Positions 49,384-59,561 of a stretch of DNA of 64,000 bases are shown here, one piece after another. This DNA comes from a virus (lineage: Duplodnaviria > Caudoviricetes). The translations under genes were made by a program, and so were the position numbers. The notes under the pieces are model-generated. The model was not told the origin of the DNA, made no database searches, and was given only the letters and a program-made list of their open reading frames with translations. The stretch lies in IMG/VR virus record IMGVR_UViG_2894625894_000003, positions 32,001 through 96,000 of that record; one strand, 5' to 3'. Position 1 is the stretch's first letter; each line of letters starts with the position of its first letter.

Positions 49384-49398
49384 ACCAGGCCTCAATTA

Positions 49399-51432
49399 TT
49401 AATCGATAAGAATCAAATCCACTGAACCACCCTGCTGAAACGTGCCAGGTCTTGCCAATTTCCCTGTCTGTTGTAGTAGTTGAAGATTTTGCAGTAACTG
49501 CTTCTGCTGGCTCAGTACGTCCTGGGTATACTCTACCCCAGTTACGTTACCCAGTCCGTCGGTTTTGGTCTTGGTTTTACCATTAGCCGAAGCCATACCA
49601 CCCAAACCGGGCATGCTACCGTTGAGAATAACCTTCTCCCCTTTCTTATGCACGATTCGGCCATCGGGTAAAACCTCGAAGTTTTTGCCGAAGACACTCT
49701 GGAACGCATTGTAGTTCCGCTCCTCCTGAGCCGCTTTCTGCCGTTTTTCATCCATGGACTTAAGGGCTCCAAAGACCTGTTGCCGCTGGGCCTCGTCAGC
49801 TTGCTTGTTCTGCTGATCGAACAGCTGCAGGTATTGATTGTTCTGTAGCTGAGCCTGATACTGAGCTTGTTCATTGGCCGTCAGTTCCTGGACTTCCAAC
49901 TGATTATTTTGTTGTTGGACCTGGGCCAGATAATCATTGACTCCCCGGAAATAATCCGCCTGGGCCGCTACCTGCCGGGCATTGCCCAGGGTAGAGCCAT
50001 CGTTGTTCCGACTGAGCTGGTAGGCTGCTTCTCCCAGGGCCTGCATTCCTAATCGTTCATTCACCCTCGGTAAACGTACTGTCGGAGCATCTACCTGCAT
50101 AAGCTGATTCGGAGTCTTCTGGGCAGCATCAGCCAGCATAACCATATCCGTCAGCAGACTCATGCCATCCAACTCGTAGGGATTCGACGAAGTCTGAGCC
50201 GTCTGACCCCCTCCTACCGAAGCCGGCGCCTGCGGATTATCGGTCCCTAGTTGTCGCAGAAACGTAGCCGGAATCCGGTTAGGATCTAAGGCATTCCGAC
50301 GGATTAGTTCCAGGGGTTCCGGTAGCGGATTGATGGGTACAATGCCCAATCCATCACTATCTACGCGAGTCCAATCCGGTTGCTGTACCGGACTGGAGGG
50401 AGCCATCAGGTTGCTCAGGGCTGGTTTAGTGCCCGGTTTTCTTTGGGCAGAACCCGCTCGAACGGGATCGGGAATTTCACCTCCCAGCAGGGGATTGCCC
50501 ATTTCATCAATGGGCAAGGGTTCCCCTGTCAGCAGATGTTGCTGTAGAGCGGGTGGGGTCTTATTATAGAGCAGGCTATTGGGCAGTGGCCGGGTGGGAT
50601 TGAGATCCCCCATCAACTCGGCCAGGCGGCCCTGTAGCTGTTTGGTTTCCGGATCGTGGGCGATACGTTGGGAAAGAGCCACAAAGTCACTCAGCTCTTC
50701 CGTGTTCAGTAGATCAGGATTTTGATTCCAGCGATTCAGGTAGTCGTTATACTTAACCCGTTGCCGTCCATTGAGCCCCTGAGTGGTTGGTGCTGGGCCA
50801 CCCGTCCGGGCTACAGGCAGGGTCAGCAGGTCCGCAGGAGTCAATTCCACAAACTCCCCTCCTTGTTGGGCCGTTGGCATCTTATCACCCAAAAACTGTA
50901 GTTGCTTCTTTCCTTCCTGAAGCTGGAAGGCTGCCCCAAACAAATATTCGTCCGTGGGCAGAGCACCGGCCTGAGCCATAATCACCTCCAGGGAGGCTGT
51001 CCGGTAGGGTTGGCCGGGACCACCCTGCTCCCCTTCCGTCGCCTTCAGGAGTTTTTCGGCCCGCTCGTCCCGGGCATCCCGCATTTTCTCGAATAGCCGG
51101 CTGGGGGACATCGACACGGATGTATCGAGCTGGATTCCTAGGGACAGTGCTACCTGACGGGCTTCACCGGGCTTGATCTTGATAACGGCATCGTCCGGGT
51201 TGTCGGCCCGCTTACCCCGGTTGATCTGTTCCTGGGAAGCGGACAGAATCCGAAAAGCATCCGGCACCACGACCCCACCCCGGCCTTTGGGAGCGGGCTG
51301 GGCGGCTCCGTCAATCAGCAGAATACCATCATCGTGCGAGGGGGCCTGGGGGTCCACTTGACTAAGACCACCGTCCAGCCGCTGGTAATGCTCTCCCCTT
51401 TCCGCAATAATGGGTTTAGTGGCTAGTTTCAT
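49399..51432 (-). CDS. Virion cargo protein (crAss cargo protein 1-like)
   Basis: AERGE...PSHDDG...GGV N-terminal motif, Gln-rich coiled coil, QQGG motifs; position after muzzle. Confidence 0.75.
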   Translation of the reverse strand: MKLATKPIIAERGEHYQRLDGGLSQVDPQAPSHDDGILLIDGAAQPAPKGRGGVVVPDAFRILSASQEQINRGKRADNPDDAVIKIKPGEARQVALSLGIQLDTSVSMSPSRLFEKMRDARDERAEKLLKATEGEQGGPGQPYRTASLEVIMAQAGALPTDEYLFGAAFQLQEGKKQLQFLGDKMPTAQQGGEFVELTPADLLTLPVARTGGPAPTTQGLNGRQRVKYNDYLNRWNQNPDLLNTEELSDFVALSQRIAHDPETKQLQGRLAELMGDLNPTRPLPNSLLYNKTPPALQQHLLTGEPLPIDEMGNPLLGGEIPDPVRAGSAQRKPGTKPALSNLMAPSSPVQQPDWTRVDSDGLGIVPINPLPEPLELIRRNALDPNRIPATFLRQLGTDNPQAPASVGGGQTAQTSSNPYELDGMSLLTDMVMLADAAQKTPNQLMQVDAPTVRLPRVNERLGMQALGEAAYQLSRNNDGSTLGNARQVAAQADYFRGVNDYLAQVQQQNNQLEVQELTANEQAQYQAQLQNNQYLQLFDQQNKQADEAQRQQVFGALKSMDEKRQKAAQEERNYNAFQSVFGKNFEVLPDGRIVHKKGEKVILNGSMPGLGGMASANGKTKTKTDGLGNVTGVEYTQDVLSQQKQLLQNLQLLQQTGKLARPGTFQQGGSVDLILID

Positions 51433-51441
51433 ACGCTAAGG

Positions 51442-52191
51442 TTAAAGAATGGGAATCAGCTCTACCTGTCCTCCTTGTTGGAACAGGGATCGGGCATTGT
51501 TCATCCGGGCTTGTTCGATCCGGGCGGGCCGCTCATAACTATGGGCGAAGGCATAGGCGGCCTCTTCGGGTGTTTTCGTAGCCCCCACCCGCTTGAGCAT
51601 CCGGGCCGACTCGCCGGGTTCGGAGAGAATATAGTCCAGCTGGAAATTCGTATCGTAGGGGTCGACACCGGCCTGGCGGGCGGCATTGACGACACCGGCC
51701 CACCGATCCGGATGCCACTGAGCCAGGCCCCTGGCTTTGCCACCGTCTCCTACAGCCCGGGTGTTGAGACTGGATTCCTGCATGAGATTACCCACAATAC
51801 CGGCCGCTACGTGTGGGGCCAGTCCGTGCTTTTTCTGTAGATACTGGTAGGCCTGCTGGGCCGTTGTGGAAGGTGCCGATGTAGACATGGATGGAGCGGG
51901 CGTGGAAGAAGACACATGACCGGCATACCCACTAAAGGGGGTAGCCAGGGAGGGCCTGGGGTCGTAGCGACGGCGGGCCTGGGGATTGTAGTAGGACCGG
52001 ATTTGATCCAGCAGCGTGAACTCCGATTCGTCAGCCGCCAGGGGCTCATCATCGGCATCCTCTTGGGCACCATCAGCATAATCCGGTACTGGAGAAGACT
52101 CCTCGGCGGCAGCCGGGGGCAGAAGAGATGGCTGCGGGTCCGCCCCCTCTTCGGGGACGGCCAGCAACTCATCCAACCAGGAAAGATCCAT
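51442..52191 (-). CDS. Phage tail-type lysozyme (virion-associated peptidoglycan hydrolase)
   Basis: AAGIVGNLMQESSLN...GLAQW...R...QLDYIL.E...F...YERP. Confidence 0.9.
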   Translation of the reverse strand: MDLSWLDELLAVPEEGADPQPSLLPPAAAEESSPVPDYADGAQEDADDEPLAADESEFTLLDQIRSYYNPQARRRYDPRPSLATPFSGYAGHVSSSTPAPSMSTSAPSTTAQQAYQYLQKKHGLAPHVAAGIVGNLMQESSLNTRAVGDGGKARGLAQWHPDRWAGVVNAARQAGVDPYDTNFQLDYILSEPGESARMLKRVGATKTPEEAAYAFAHSYERPARIEQARMNNARSLFQQGGQVELIPIL

Positions 52192-52193
52192 AA

Positions 52194-55100
52194 TTATTGT
52201 GGGATGCGGGCAGGCTGGTCAGCAATCACGCCCATAAACTGATACTGGTAACGACTTTCGGTATTGATCAGGGTGAGCGTCTGCCCAGCCTGAATAAGGT
52301 GCTGGCCCGAGGCCTCCCGGGTAGGCATACCGTATTGGAGCCGGTTTTGATTTAAAATTCGCCTACTTCCTCCAGTTTCCCAAAGCCATACCGGTTGTTG
52401 GGTAGCTCCCACACGGCTAATATCCCGGAAGTTGTTGAGCCGCCAGAAGCCCGATCGGCTGCGACAAATAGGAACCTCGGTTCGGTCCTGTCGGTACTGA
52501 ATCCGGTTACGTTTATCGGCGCCATTGTCGGGCTCCAGCTGTAAATACCCACTACACCCTTCAGGACCCCAGATAACGGCTTGTCGAAACGGTTCGTTCT
52601 CGACCAGGTAATAACTGTCGTCCCCCCGATACCGAATTGTTTGCTGGCGGATCTGGATGGCCTGCAAGCGGGAGGATGCCCCGGCAGGCATGGGCACATC
52701 AATAACGAAGGGATGTAACCGGCCGTAAAACACCTGGAAGCTGCGACGGGTAGCCCCGTGAATCCACAAGCTATCGTCGGCCCAGGCACCTAACAGGGGT
52801 CCCATGGGTAAAAAGGCCTGGGGCTGGAAGGAATAGAACACCCAGCTTTCCCGGTTCAGGTAATACCCGACTGTCCAGTGGGCAGCAGTAAACGCCCGAC
52901 TGTCAGAGAGGGGTACCACCTGGCGCCCCTGACTGGTATCGCGGTAGAACTGATTGTAGACGGTATCATAGCGAACGGAAGCATCCCGGCAGACGTAGTC
53001 CCGCTTACTAAGCAGGATCCGGCCGTTCTGCCGGTCAAACCCCATACTAATCCCACAGCCCGTCGCCGTATTGTCGACTGGAATCTGAGGAAATTGTTCC
53101 TGAAGTCGGAATGGCAGGTGTCGCTCGAAAAATTCCTGCATTCCTTTCTGGGTCAGATCCTGGAGTCCCTCCCCGCTGGGCGATAGCAGAAACACCTTCC
53201 GGTTCCGGACATCCAGGGTAACAATACCGTATTCGGTTCGCAGCAGGCCCTTATGAGAGGAGCCGGCATAGCCGCCATCGGTCTGGATGTATTCCTGGGG
53301 CTGCTGGGCAAAGAGCTCCCCGGCTCCCAACTGAATGGGCTGCTGGGACGTATCCAGCCGCAACATACCGCCAAACAATCGGCTGCTGAGTTGCTGACGA
53401 ACCAGGAGTCGGTCCCCGGCAATGCCGTCGACACCCGTCAGCAGGCCCCGACTGGCACCGGCATCGTAGATGTCGTTGGGCCGGAAAGTCAGCCAGCGGT
53501 CGAAACTGCTGGTTTCTACCAGGGGATCGGCGGCATTGAGCGAGACACGAATCCGGTTGGGGTGAACCTGCCGACAGGCCTGCCCGGGCCGGAACGCGGC
53601 ACTATACCCACACAGACTATTCTCCTGGGGTACCCGGCTGTAGACAGGGTTATAAAAATACCGGTTATCGATAGCGGGTGAAACGACTTCCTCCTGCAGC
53701 CACTGGGAGAGATTAGCGGTGGCCGGGTAAAAACTATTTTCTTTACCCTCCCGGCCGTGCCGAAGATCCAGGTTAATGCTGGACTCACAGAGAAAGCTGG
53801 GAATACCGTAGCTATAGAGGTACATATACCCCTTCTGGAAATACACCTTCGTATCGGTTGAATCCAGATCGAGTCGGTTCTTGGCAGCCCCGAAATTGGC
53901 ACTTACCACCGCCCCCAGGGCGGAGAACACGTTGTTGGCCTCGAAGCCGTCCAGCAGGCCTCCCAACGTATTGAGGTAGTAGTTCGGGTAGGCTACGTTT
54001 CCCAGCTTCTCATACCGAACGTCGGTTCCGGAAGCCGCCTTGAACCGGGTCTCCCGGAAGAAACTGTGTTTACGTTTGAGGCTCATCCGACCAATAAAGG
54101 TACCGCCACCAAAGATTAAGCCCGGATTACTGGTTAGGGCGATGCTGCCATAACCGGTTTCCACATACCGGATGGTTTCCAGATTGCCGTACTGATCGGG
54201 CCGGTTGGCTTTGATGGAACCGTAGTAACTGGATATAGGAGCGTAAATCCGTTTGGATAAATTATCCTCGTCGGTTACCTCGGCCGCCACAAACCGGCTT
54301 TTATCCTCAACGCTGGGCATAGGTAAGGCTTTACCCCGAATCCGCAGGTAGGTAGCCGATTCCCGGTGCCAGTTATTGAACCGTATCCGGCGGGGCCGCT
54401 GTTCCTGTTGATCCCGCAGGGGAGCAAAGGGGTCAGTTAGCAAATCACCCAGTCGAAACGAGGGCACTTTACCCGTTGTTGGTACGGGGTTGTCATCCAC
54501 ATCCTGCCAGTCAGCTTCCAGGGATTGTAAACTGCCTAGTGCCCGGATCTTATGGCCCCACCCATTGGTAATGGGAAGACTGTTGACATACCGACCTACT
54601 GAGTTGTACTGGAGGGCAAAATTGTGGTAGGGTGTGATGGCTGTCAGGATTTCCCGCATCAGGGCAATCGACTGCATTAACTGGACAATCGAGGCTGGAT
54701 TAGCCATCTTGACGGCCGTCTTCACGATACTAGCAATAGCATCGGTGATCAGATCGATAAAGCCCGTCTGGGTCGAGCTAACGGTCGTACTCATATCGGC
54801 CAGGGTGTGACTAATAAACGACGGGCCTTCGGGATTTAAAACCCCGGTAGAGGGTTGATTAAAGCCGGAAGGAGCTAAAGGCCGACTCGTCGAACCTACG
54901 GTAGATACGGGTTCCCCAAAGGTCATCCGGGTGGATGCCGTATTGGAAGCTGCCACGGGGGGTATCGATTCGGAGTCCACTTTTCGGGAATCGTCGTCTT
55001 TGGCAAAAAACAGAGCAATACCAGCTGCCGCTGCCATAATGGAGGCAAAGGTCGACAAAAATCGGTAGTGTGCCTGACCCCGGGCTTCTTCGAAGTAGCC

Positions 55101-57245
55101 TTCACTCTGCCCCGTTTCCAGGGTTTCTAGGACGAGTTTATCCCCCGAGAGTCCCCGCTGTTTGCCCAGAAAATGGTGCTCGGGACTATGAAACGTATAG
55201 CGACCAGAGGTATCAAACTTCAACCGGTATTCACACTGTACCCCAGCCCGGCCATTACAATCCCGGGGTTTGGTACGACCGCCCCCGTAATCGGGATTGT
55301 CGTAGGTACTGGTGTTGGAGGACAGGAACGGATCCGTTCGAAGGTCGTTATAGGGATAGTTGGGATAATAAACGGTTTGATCGTCCTTCTGGTATTTGTT
55401 GACATCGTACAGCAATCCTTTGGCTAGGACTGAGGCCTGACCCGTCATATCGGCCCGTACCAGCCGGTAGCCTTTGATCCGCAGCCGGTCGGCTTCCGAA
55501 AGAAATCCCCGACGTACCCCGTCGGCCAGTGCATTGATTACCGAGCCGTGGTCAACCTGTAAACCCAGTACGTAGAGCATGTTCTGAGCACCGAACTGCA
55601 GATCCCCGGTTCCATCGTGAAAGGGGCTGATACTACAGTCGGGCAGCCGGTGGTGCCGGATGGGCTTTCCAGCCAGCTCCCCCCAGATCAAGGGATCATT
55701 GGGGTAGCGAAGCACCGACTCCCAATAGCCCATCTCCCCAGTCTCCCAGATGGTATCTTTACAGGGGTCATAAGGCTGATGGGGCTGGGTTAGCGTCCTG
55801 GCTGTATTATAAACCTGCCAGTAGGCGGGCACGGCTGGGTTGCAGTCCGTCTGCTGGCTAAGCCGGTCAGCATTATCGGGTGCTGGCTTGAGCTCGTCAG
55901 TAGACGCTATCCGGCCCGGCAGGTGCAGCACACAGGATTCCTCCCCCGTATCATACTCAAAGACCAATCCAACAGCAATTACCTCATCGCGGGGGTAGCC
56001 CGTCATCCGGCTGGCGGTAACCCCATTACGGTAGGACCCTTCGGGTAAACTGGTTGTTGCCCACCCCAGGCGGATGCTATTGACGACCCGTTGGAGGTTA
56101 GGCTTACTGTACTCGGTCAGTCCCCAGGTAAAGAGTTTGTTACCCGACTCGGTCAGTCCCTTGCTGGATTCGTAGTAGGCCCTTCGACTCAGCAGTTCGG
56201 CCAGCGGTAGGGTTGTCATCGTCTCATTACCCGTTATGAGTAGCTGTCCCTGGTCGATAGGGAATGTTCCTACCAGCCGACTTTGCAGGGCACCATCGAC
56301 GTTCTGGAGCATGACCAGGTTATAAAACGGAAAGCTGGCCGTGTCCGCTGTTACCGTCAACCGGATTGCCTGCCCGGTATCGTAATCCGTTTCTTCCGTG
56401 GTTTGCCGGGTGGACAGGCTGACGGGGTAGGTCATTCCCTGGTAATCAGACAGGGCATTACCTTGTGCATCCGCATAGGCAGCCAGAAACCGGTAGGTCC
56501 CGGCCGGTAGGTTCCCCCCCGAGACAACCGCTGTCGGCTGCAGTCGAAGACGGCCCAGTAGCGGTTGCATCCGGATCCGGTTCAGATCCAGCTCGGCCAG
56601 CCCCGGAAACTGGAAGTAAGGATCCAGCACCAGGTTGGACAGAGGGTTAAGCGGCTGGCTGTAGGTAAAGTAAAGGTACCGATCGGGATTATACCCATCC
56701 ACCCAGTAGAGACGCAGCCGGCAGTCGTCAAGCCGCACCTGGGCATCAATCGGATGATGCAAATTGAAGTTAAACCGAAAATGCTCTACCAGCACCGTCA
56801 GTCGGGCACCAGGCCCCACCGATACGGATTCCAGGGGATGCACCTGGGTAGATGGTGGGCATTCCACACAGGGGGCTACACTGCCCAGATTGTCGATCCC
56901 CCGCTCCAGGCGTACCCCCGTGAGCTCCACCAGTTTGCCTGGGGTCGTGTCAAAGCCGGACAGCGGTTGTTGGTTACCACTGACCAGGGGGGTTGCTTTG
57001 GGGGCTAAAAACAGCAAAAGCCGTTCCTGAGCTGGAACGGCAACGTAGCCAGCTACCCCAAAACCGGCAGGCAGGTGGTGAGCCAGCAGGGTCGATGGCT
57101 CATTGGTAATCAAAGGGGCCGTGGGTGTTCCCGACAGGGCTGCATTGAGCAAGTAGGGAGAAGCCCCTTCGGGAAGTGCACCCGGGCTCACGTCCCGGTT
57201 CATGCCCGGAACGGCCTGGATGGAATGGGCTTGCGGAGTGGTCAT
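52194..57245 (-). CDS. Muzzle / tail stabilisation protein
   Basis: 1683 aa; GMNRD, LYWVDGYNPDRY, GYPRDEV, MGYWES..RYP, PIRHHRLPD, AKGLL, FHSPE; position after ring genes. Confidence 0.88.
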   Translation of the reverse strand: MTTPQAHSIQAVPGMNRDVSPGALPEGASPYLLNAALSGTPTAPLITNEPSTLLAHHLPAGFGVAGYVAVPAQERLLLFLAPKATPLVSGNQQPLSGFDTTPGKLVELTGVRLERGIDNLGSVAPCVECPPSTQVHPLESVSVGPGARLTVLVEHFRFNFNLHHPIDAQVRLDDCRLRLYWVDGYNPDRYLYFTYSQPLNPLSNLVLDPYFQFPGLAELDLNRIRMQPLLGRLRLQPTAVVSGGNLPAGTYRFLAAYADAQGNALSDYQGMTYPVSLSTRQTTEETDYDTGQAIRLTVTADTASFPFYNLVMLQNVDGALQSRLVGTFPIDQGQLLITGNETMTTLPLAELLSRRAYYESSKGLTESGNKLFTWGLTEYSKPNLQRVVNSIRLGWATTSLPEGSYRNGVTASRMTGYPRDEVIAVGLVFEYDTGEESCVLHLPGRIASTDELKPAPDNADRLSQQTDCNPAVPAYWQVYNTARTLTQPHQPYDPCKDTIWETGEMGYWESVLRYPNDPLIWGELAGKPIRHHRLPDCSISPFHDGTGDLQFGAQNMLYVLGLQVDHGSVINALADGVRRGFLSEADRLRIKGYRLVRADMTGQASVLAKGLLYDVNKYQKDDQTVYYPNYPYNDLRTDPFLSSNTSTYDNPDYGGGRTKPRDCNGRAGVQCEYRLKFDTSGRYTFHSPEHHFLGKQRGLSGDKLVLETLETGQSEGYFEEARGQAHYRFLSTFASIMAAAAGIALFFAKDDDSRKVDSESIPPVAASNTASTRMTFGEPVSTVGSTSRPLAPSGFNQPSTGVLNPEGPSFISHTLADMSTTVSSTQTGFIDLITDAIASIVKTAVKMANPASIVQLMQSIALMREILTAITPYHNFALQYNSVGRYVNSLPITNGWGHKIRALGSLQSLEADWQDVDDNPVPTTGKVPSFRLGDLLTDPFAPLRDQQEQRPRRIRFNNWHRESATYLRIRGKALPMPSVEDKSRFVAAEVTDEDNLSKRIYAPISSYYGSIKANRPDQYGNLETIRYVETGYGSIALTSNPGLIFGGGTFIGRMSLKRKHSFFRETRFKAASGTDVRYEKLGNVAYPNYYLNTLGGLLDGFEANNVFSALGAVVSANFGAAKNRLDLDSTDTKVYFQKGYMYLYSYGIPSFLCESSINLDLRHGREGKENSFYPATANLSQWLQEEVVSPAIDNRYFYNPVYSRVPQENSLCGYSAAFRPGQACRQVHPNRIRVSLNAADPLVETSSFDRWLTFRPNDIYDAGASRGLLTGVDGIAGDRLLVRQQLSSRLFGGMLRLDTSQQPIQLGAGELFAQQPQEYIQTDGGYAGSSHKGLLRTEYGIVTLDVRNRKVFLLSPSGEGLQDLTQKGMQEFFERHLPFRLQEQFPQIPVDNTATGCGISMGFDRQNGRILLSKRDYVCRDASVRYDTVYNQFYRDTSQGRQVVPLSDSRAFTAAHWTVGYYLNRESWVFYSFQPQAFLPMGPLLGAWADDSLWIHGATRRSFQVFYGRLHPFVIDVPMPAGASSRLQAIQIRQQTIRYRGDDSYYLVENEPFRQAVIWGPEGCSGYLQLEPDNGADKRNRIQYRQDRTEVPICRSRSGFWRLNNFRDISRVGATQQPVWLWETGGSRRILNQNRLQYGMPTREASGQHLIQAGQTLTLINTESRYQYQFMGVIADQPARIPQ

Positions 57246-57943
57246 AGTTGATAGCGGGATAAAAGGCGGCCGTGCCAGCTTTCTTTCCAGGCCAGCAGTT
57301 GCTTGAAACTCGGCGTTTTGAGGTAGTTGGTGGCTACCGCTTCGGCTAGTTCATAGTCCCGTTTGGCCAGGTCCAGTCGTCGTTCCAGGTCATTGACCTC
57401 CGCATTGATGTAGAGGTCCTTGAGGGTCTGGTAGATAAGAAACTTTTCCAGGTAATCGGTCAGTATCGGTTCAGCCGGCACCAGGATTGAGCCGTTATGG
57501 CGGGGAGTCCCCCACCCCTGGACCAGTACATAACTATCGGTAAAATCGAACCGAAAGTAATGGCCGTCTTCAGTAAACTGGCGGTGGTAGTGATGGGAAC
57601 GACAGGGCGATTGACGGTGGATCTGACTGTTTCGTTCGGCCTGGTGAGAGACCTGTCTGGCCCGGCTGGGGGGAATATACCGCAGCAGGGATCCGCTACT
57701 GGCCTCGGGATCTTCCAGCTCATGGATACTCCAGAAATCGACCATATCGGCGGGCTTGAGTACGCGGTGATTTTTTACGGCCAGCACCCACTCGGTCTCT
57801 TCTTTCAGAGACAGGCCCATTCGGCCCATCTCCTTTTTGAGCAGCGAGTAAAACTCTCCGGTATCCACCAGGTTAGCCGCTACGTAGCTACGCAGTCGGC
57901 TTTCAACCCCGCTTATCAGGGAGGCAGCGTCAGTAAATTGCAT
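57242..57943 (-). CDS. Tail ring / tail tubular protein
   Basis: 233 aa directly upstream of muzzle; crAss-like synteny. Confidence 0.7.
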   Translation of the reverse strand: MQFTDAASLISGVESRLRSYVAANLVDTGEFYSLLKKEMGRMGLSLKEETEWVLAVKNHRVLKPADMVDFWSIHELEDPEASSGSLLRYIPPSRARQVSHQAERNSQIHRQSPCRSHHYHRQFTEDGHYFRFDFTDSYVLVQGWGTPRHNGSILVPAEPILTDYLEKFLIYQTLKDLYINAEVNDLERRLDLAKRDYELAEAVATNYLKTPSFKQLLAWKESWHGRLLSRYQL

Positions 57944-57945
57944 GG

Positions 57946-58467
57946 TTAAGGCTGGAGGCTGGAAAATTTATAGGTTCCTTCGAGATAGTCGTGCCCCTGA
58001 TCGAGCCGGTCTTTGATGGAGCGGTTCAGCTCCCGAACGGCCTGAAAGGTAAACAGGTACTTTAACGGAAGGCGGGCTTTCTTGAGCCGGACCCATTTGA
58101 TACAGTACGTGTAGCCGAAGGTGTGTAAATTAAGCTGGGGTACCTTCTGGCCCGTCTTACAAAAAGCAACCCGGTCGATAAAGGGCTGATTGCCCCGCAC
58201 TTTACGTTTGTTAATGATCAGCAAGCCTAGTCGGTGGGGCAGCCAGAAACCACCCCGATCGGAAAGGACAGCCTCAGCAATGGATTTGTTGGAGGCTTCG
58301 ATAACGGCCAGCCAGGTTTTGAAGGGAGGAGGGTTTTTATGACCGGCATAAATGGCCTGCCAGGTTTCTTTGTTGGAAAGCGAATGCCGACCGGCTAGTT
58401 TACTGGGCTTGGCCAGCTGTTTTTTCGAGTCGGTTGTCGTTTTGTAATTCGTCGGGAGGAATTCCAA
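57946..58467 (-). CDS. IHF/HU-like protein of crAss tail module
   Basis: Basic; FWLPHRLGLL.I.K...ID...KTG....N.HT.GY...W....F...R; start uncertain. Confidence 0.7.
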   Translation of the reverse strand: MEFLPTNYKTTTDSKKQLAKPSKLAGRHSLSNKETWQAIYAGHKNPPPFKTWLAVIEASNKSIAEAVLSDRGGFWLPHRLGLLIINKRKVRGNQPFIDRVAFCKTGQKVPQLNLHTFGYTYCIKWVRLKKARLPLKYLFTFQAVRELNRSIKDRLDQGHDYLEGTYKFSSLQP

Positions 58468-59092
58468 GGGGTGATTGTCTCAGCGATTGGGTGAGTGTCG
58501 ATAGCAGGTCATGCACCAGATAATCCGGCAGCGGGCTGGTCTGCTCCAGCCGGGAGATTGCCGGATCGTAGGGATCCACCGGGTACTGGAAAAGGCCCCG
58601 TACAGTTACCGCTTCCAGATCGTCTCCAATCAAATAGAGATGATCATCTGCCCCCCGGTGGTAGTAGCCCCAGCCGGGTGGATGTTCCTGCCGGTTGAGC
58701 AAAGCTGGCCATAAGGCGGGGTTCTTGGGGTGATACCGGCGGGAACCATCCAGGGAAGTTACCAGCAGCAGATCACCGGATTGCCCCGAAAACAGGGCGG
58801 GCAGCGGTTGTCGACTTTTACGGAGAGATCGGCCCGACCCCACCAGCACGTGGGTGGGTAGACCTGGCATCCAGGCAGGTACTTCTGCCGGGTCCAGCAC
58901 CAGGTGGTCAATGACCTGGTAGAGATTGGTTAGCTTTAAAATCCGGCGGGAGTCCGAGTCACGCCGGATAAAAACCGAAGCCAGCCGAAGGAGCTGGCGG
59001 TACAAATATCGGTTGGAAATTCGACTATCCCTATCGACCGACCGTAAATTATTTCGGAGGGTGTAGAGCTGCTCCCCAATAGTTTCGTTCAT
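58400..59092 (-). CDS. Tail ring protein
   Basis: ATG 59092 (ATGA overlap with endolysin); TIGE...LRN......DSRISNRY, S...LP, SLDGS, PLPDYL. Confidence 0.75.
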   Translation of the reverse strand: MNETIGEQLYTLRNNLRSVDRDSRISNRYLYRQLLRLASVFIRRDSDSRRILKLTNLYQVIDHLVLDPAEVPAWMPGLPTHVLVGSGRSLRKSRQPLPALFSGQSGDLLLVTSLDGSRRYHPKNPALWPALLNRQEHPPGWGYYHRGADDHLYLIGDDLEAVTVRGLFQYPVDPYDPAISRLEQTSPLPDYLVHDLLSTLTQSLRQSPLGIPPDELQNDNRLEKTAGQAQ

Positions 59093-59553
59093 AAGTTTGT
59101 ACGGAGAAATCCTTTGATCGATGCGGCTTTCCGGCTTCTCCGGCATACCACGAACCCCTCCCGGCTACCTTCATCGTTGGTATTACCTTCAATGGTATGA
59201 AAACGGGTTCCTTCCCGGGTAGCTATCACCTGTTCGACAATGCCGGCGTGGCCCTGTCCTTTCCCATAATCCATGATAAAAATATCACCGGGACGTACAT
59301 CATCGGCTTTCACCCGAAGGCTCGTCGAGGAATTCCACTGTTTGAGGACACCACCCGTTTTAAAGAGAGGGTTGATGTCATTTTGTGCCCTGGCTGCTTT
59401 TTCAGCACACCAGTAGCAGAAGGCCATGCACCAGGCGGCCGGGAAATAAATCCCGACCGATTTGAGGTACTGTTCTACGGAATACCCCCAGTTGGAACCC
59501 CGGGGGCTTTCTTCCACGCCAACCTGCGATTGAGCAGCTTGTAAAAGCGTCAT
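59089..59553 (-). CDS. CHAP-domain endolysin
   Basis: SQVGVEE..GSN, WCMAFCYWC, PGDIF, GHAGIV, TIEGNT. Confidence 0.92.
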   Translation of the reverse strand: MTLLQAAQSQVGVEESPRGSNWGYSVEQYLKSVGIYFPAAWCMAFCYWCAEKAARAQNDINPLFKTGGVLKQWNSSTSLRVKADDVRPGDIFIMDYGKGQGHAGIVEQVIATREGTRFHTIEGNTNDEGSREGFVVCRRSRKAASIKGFLRTNL

Positions 59554-59561
59554 TGATTACA

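Noticed and set aside
20878-57245. Introns, inteins or homing endonucleases in vRNAP or muzzle genes
   Set aside because: Reading frames are continuous; no LAGLIDADG, HNH or intein motifs seen
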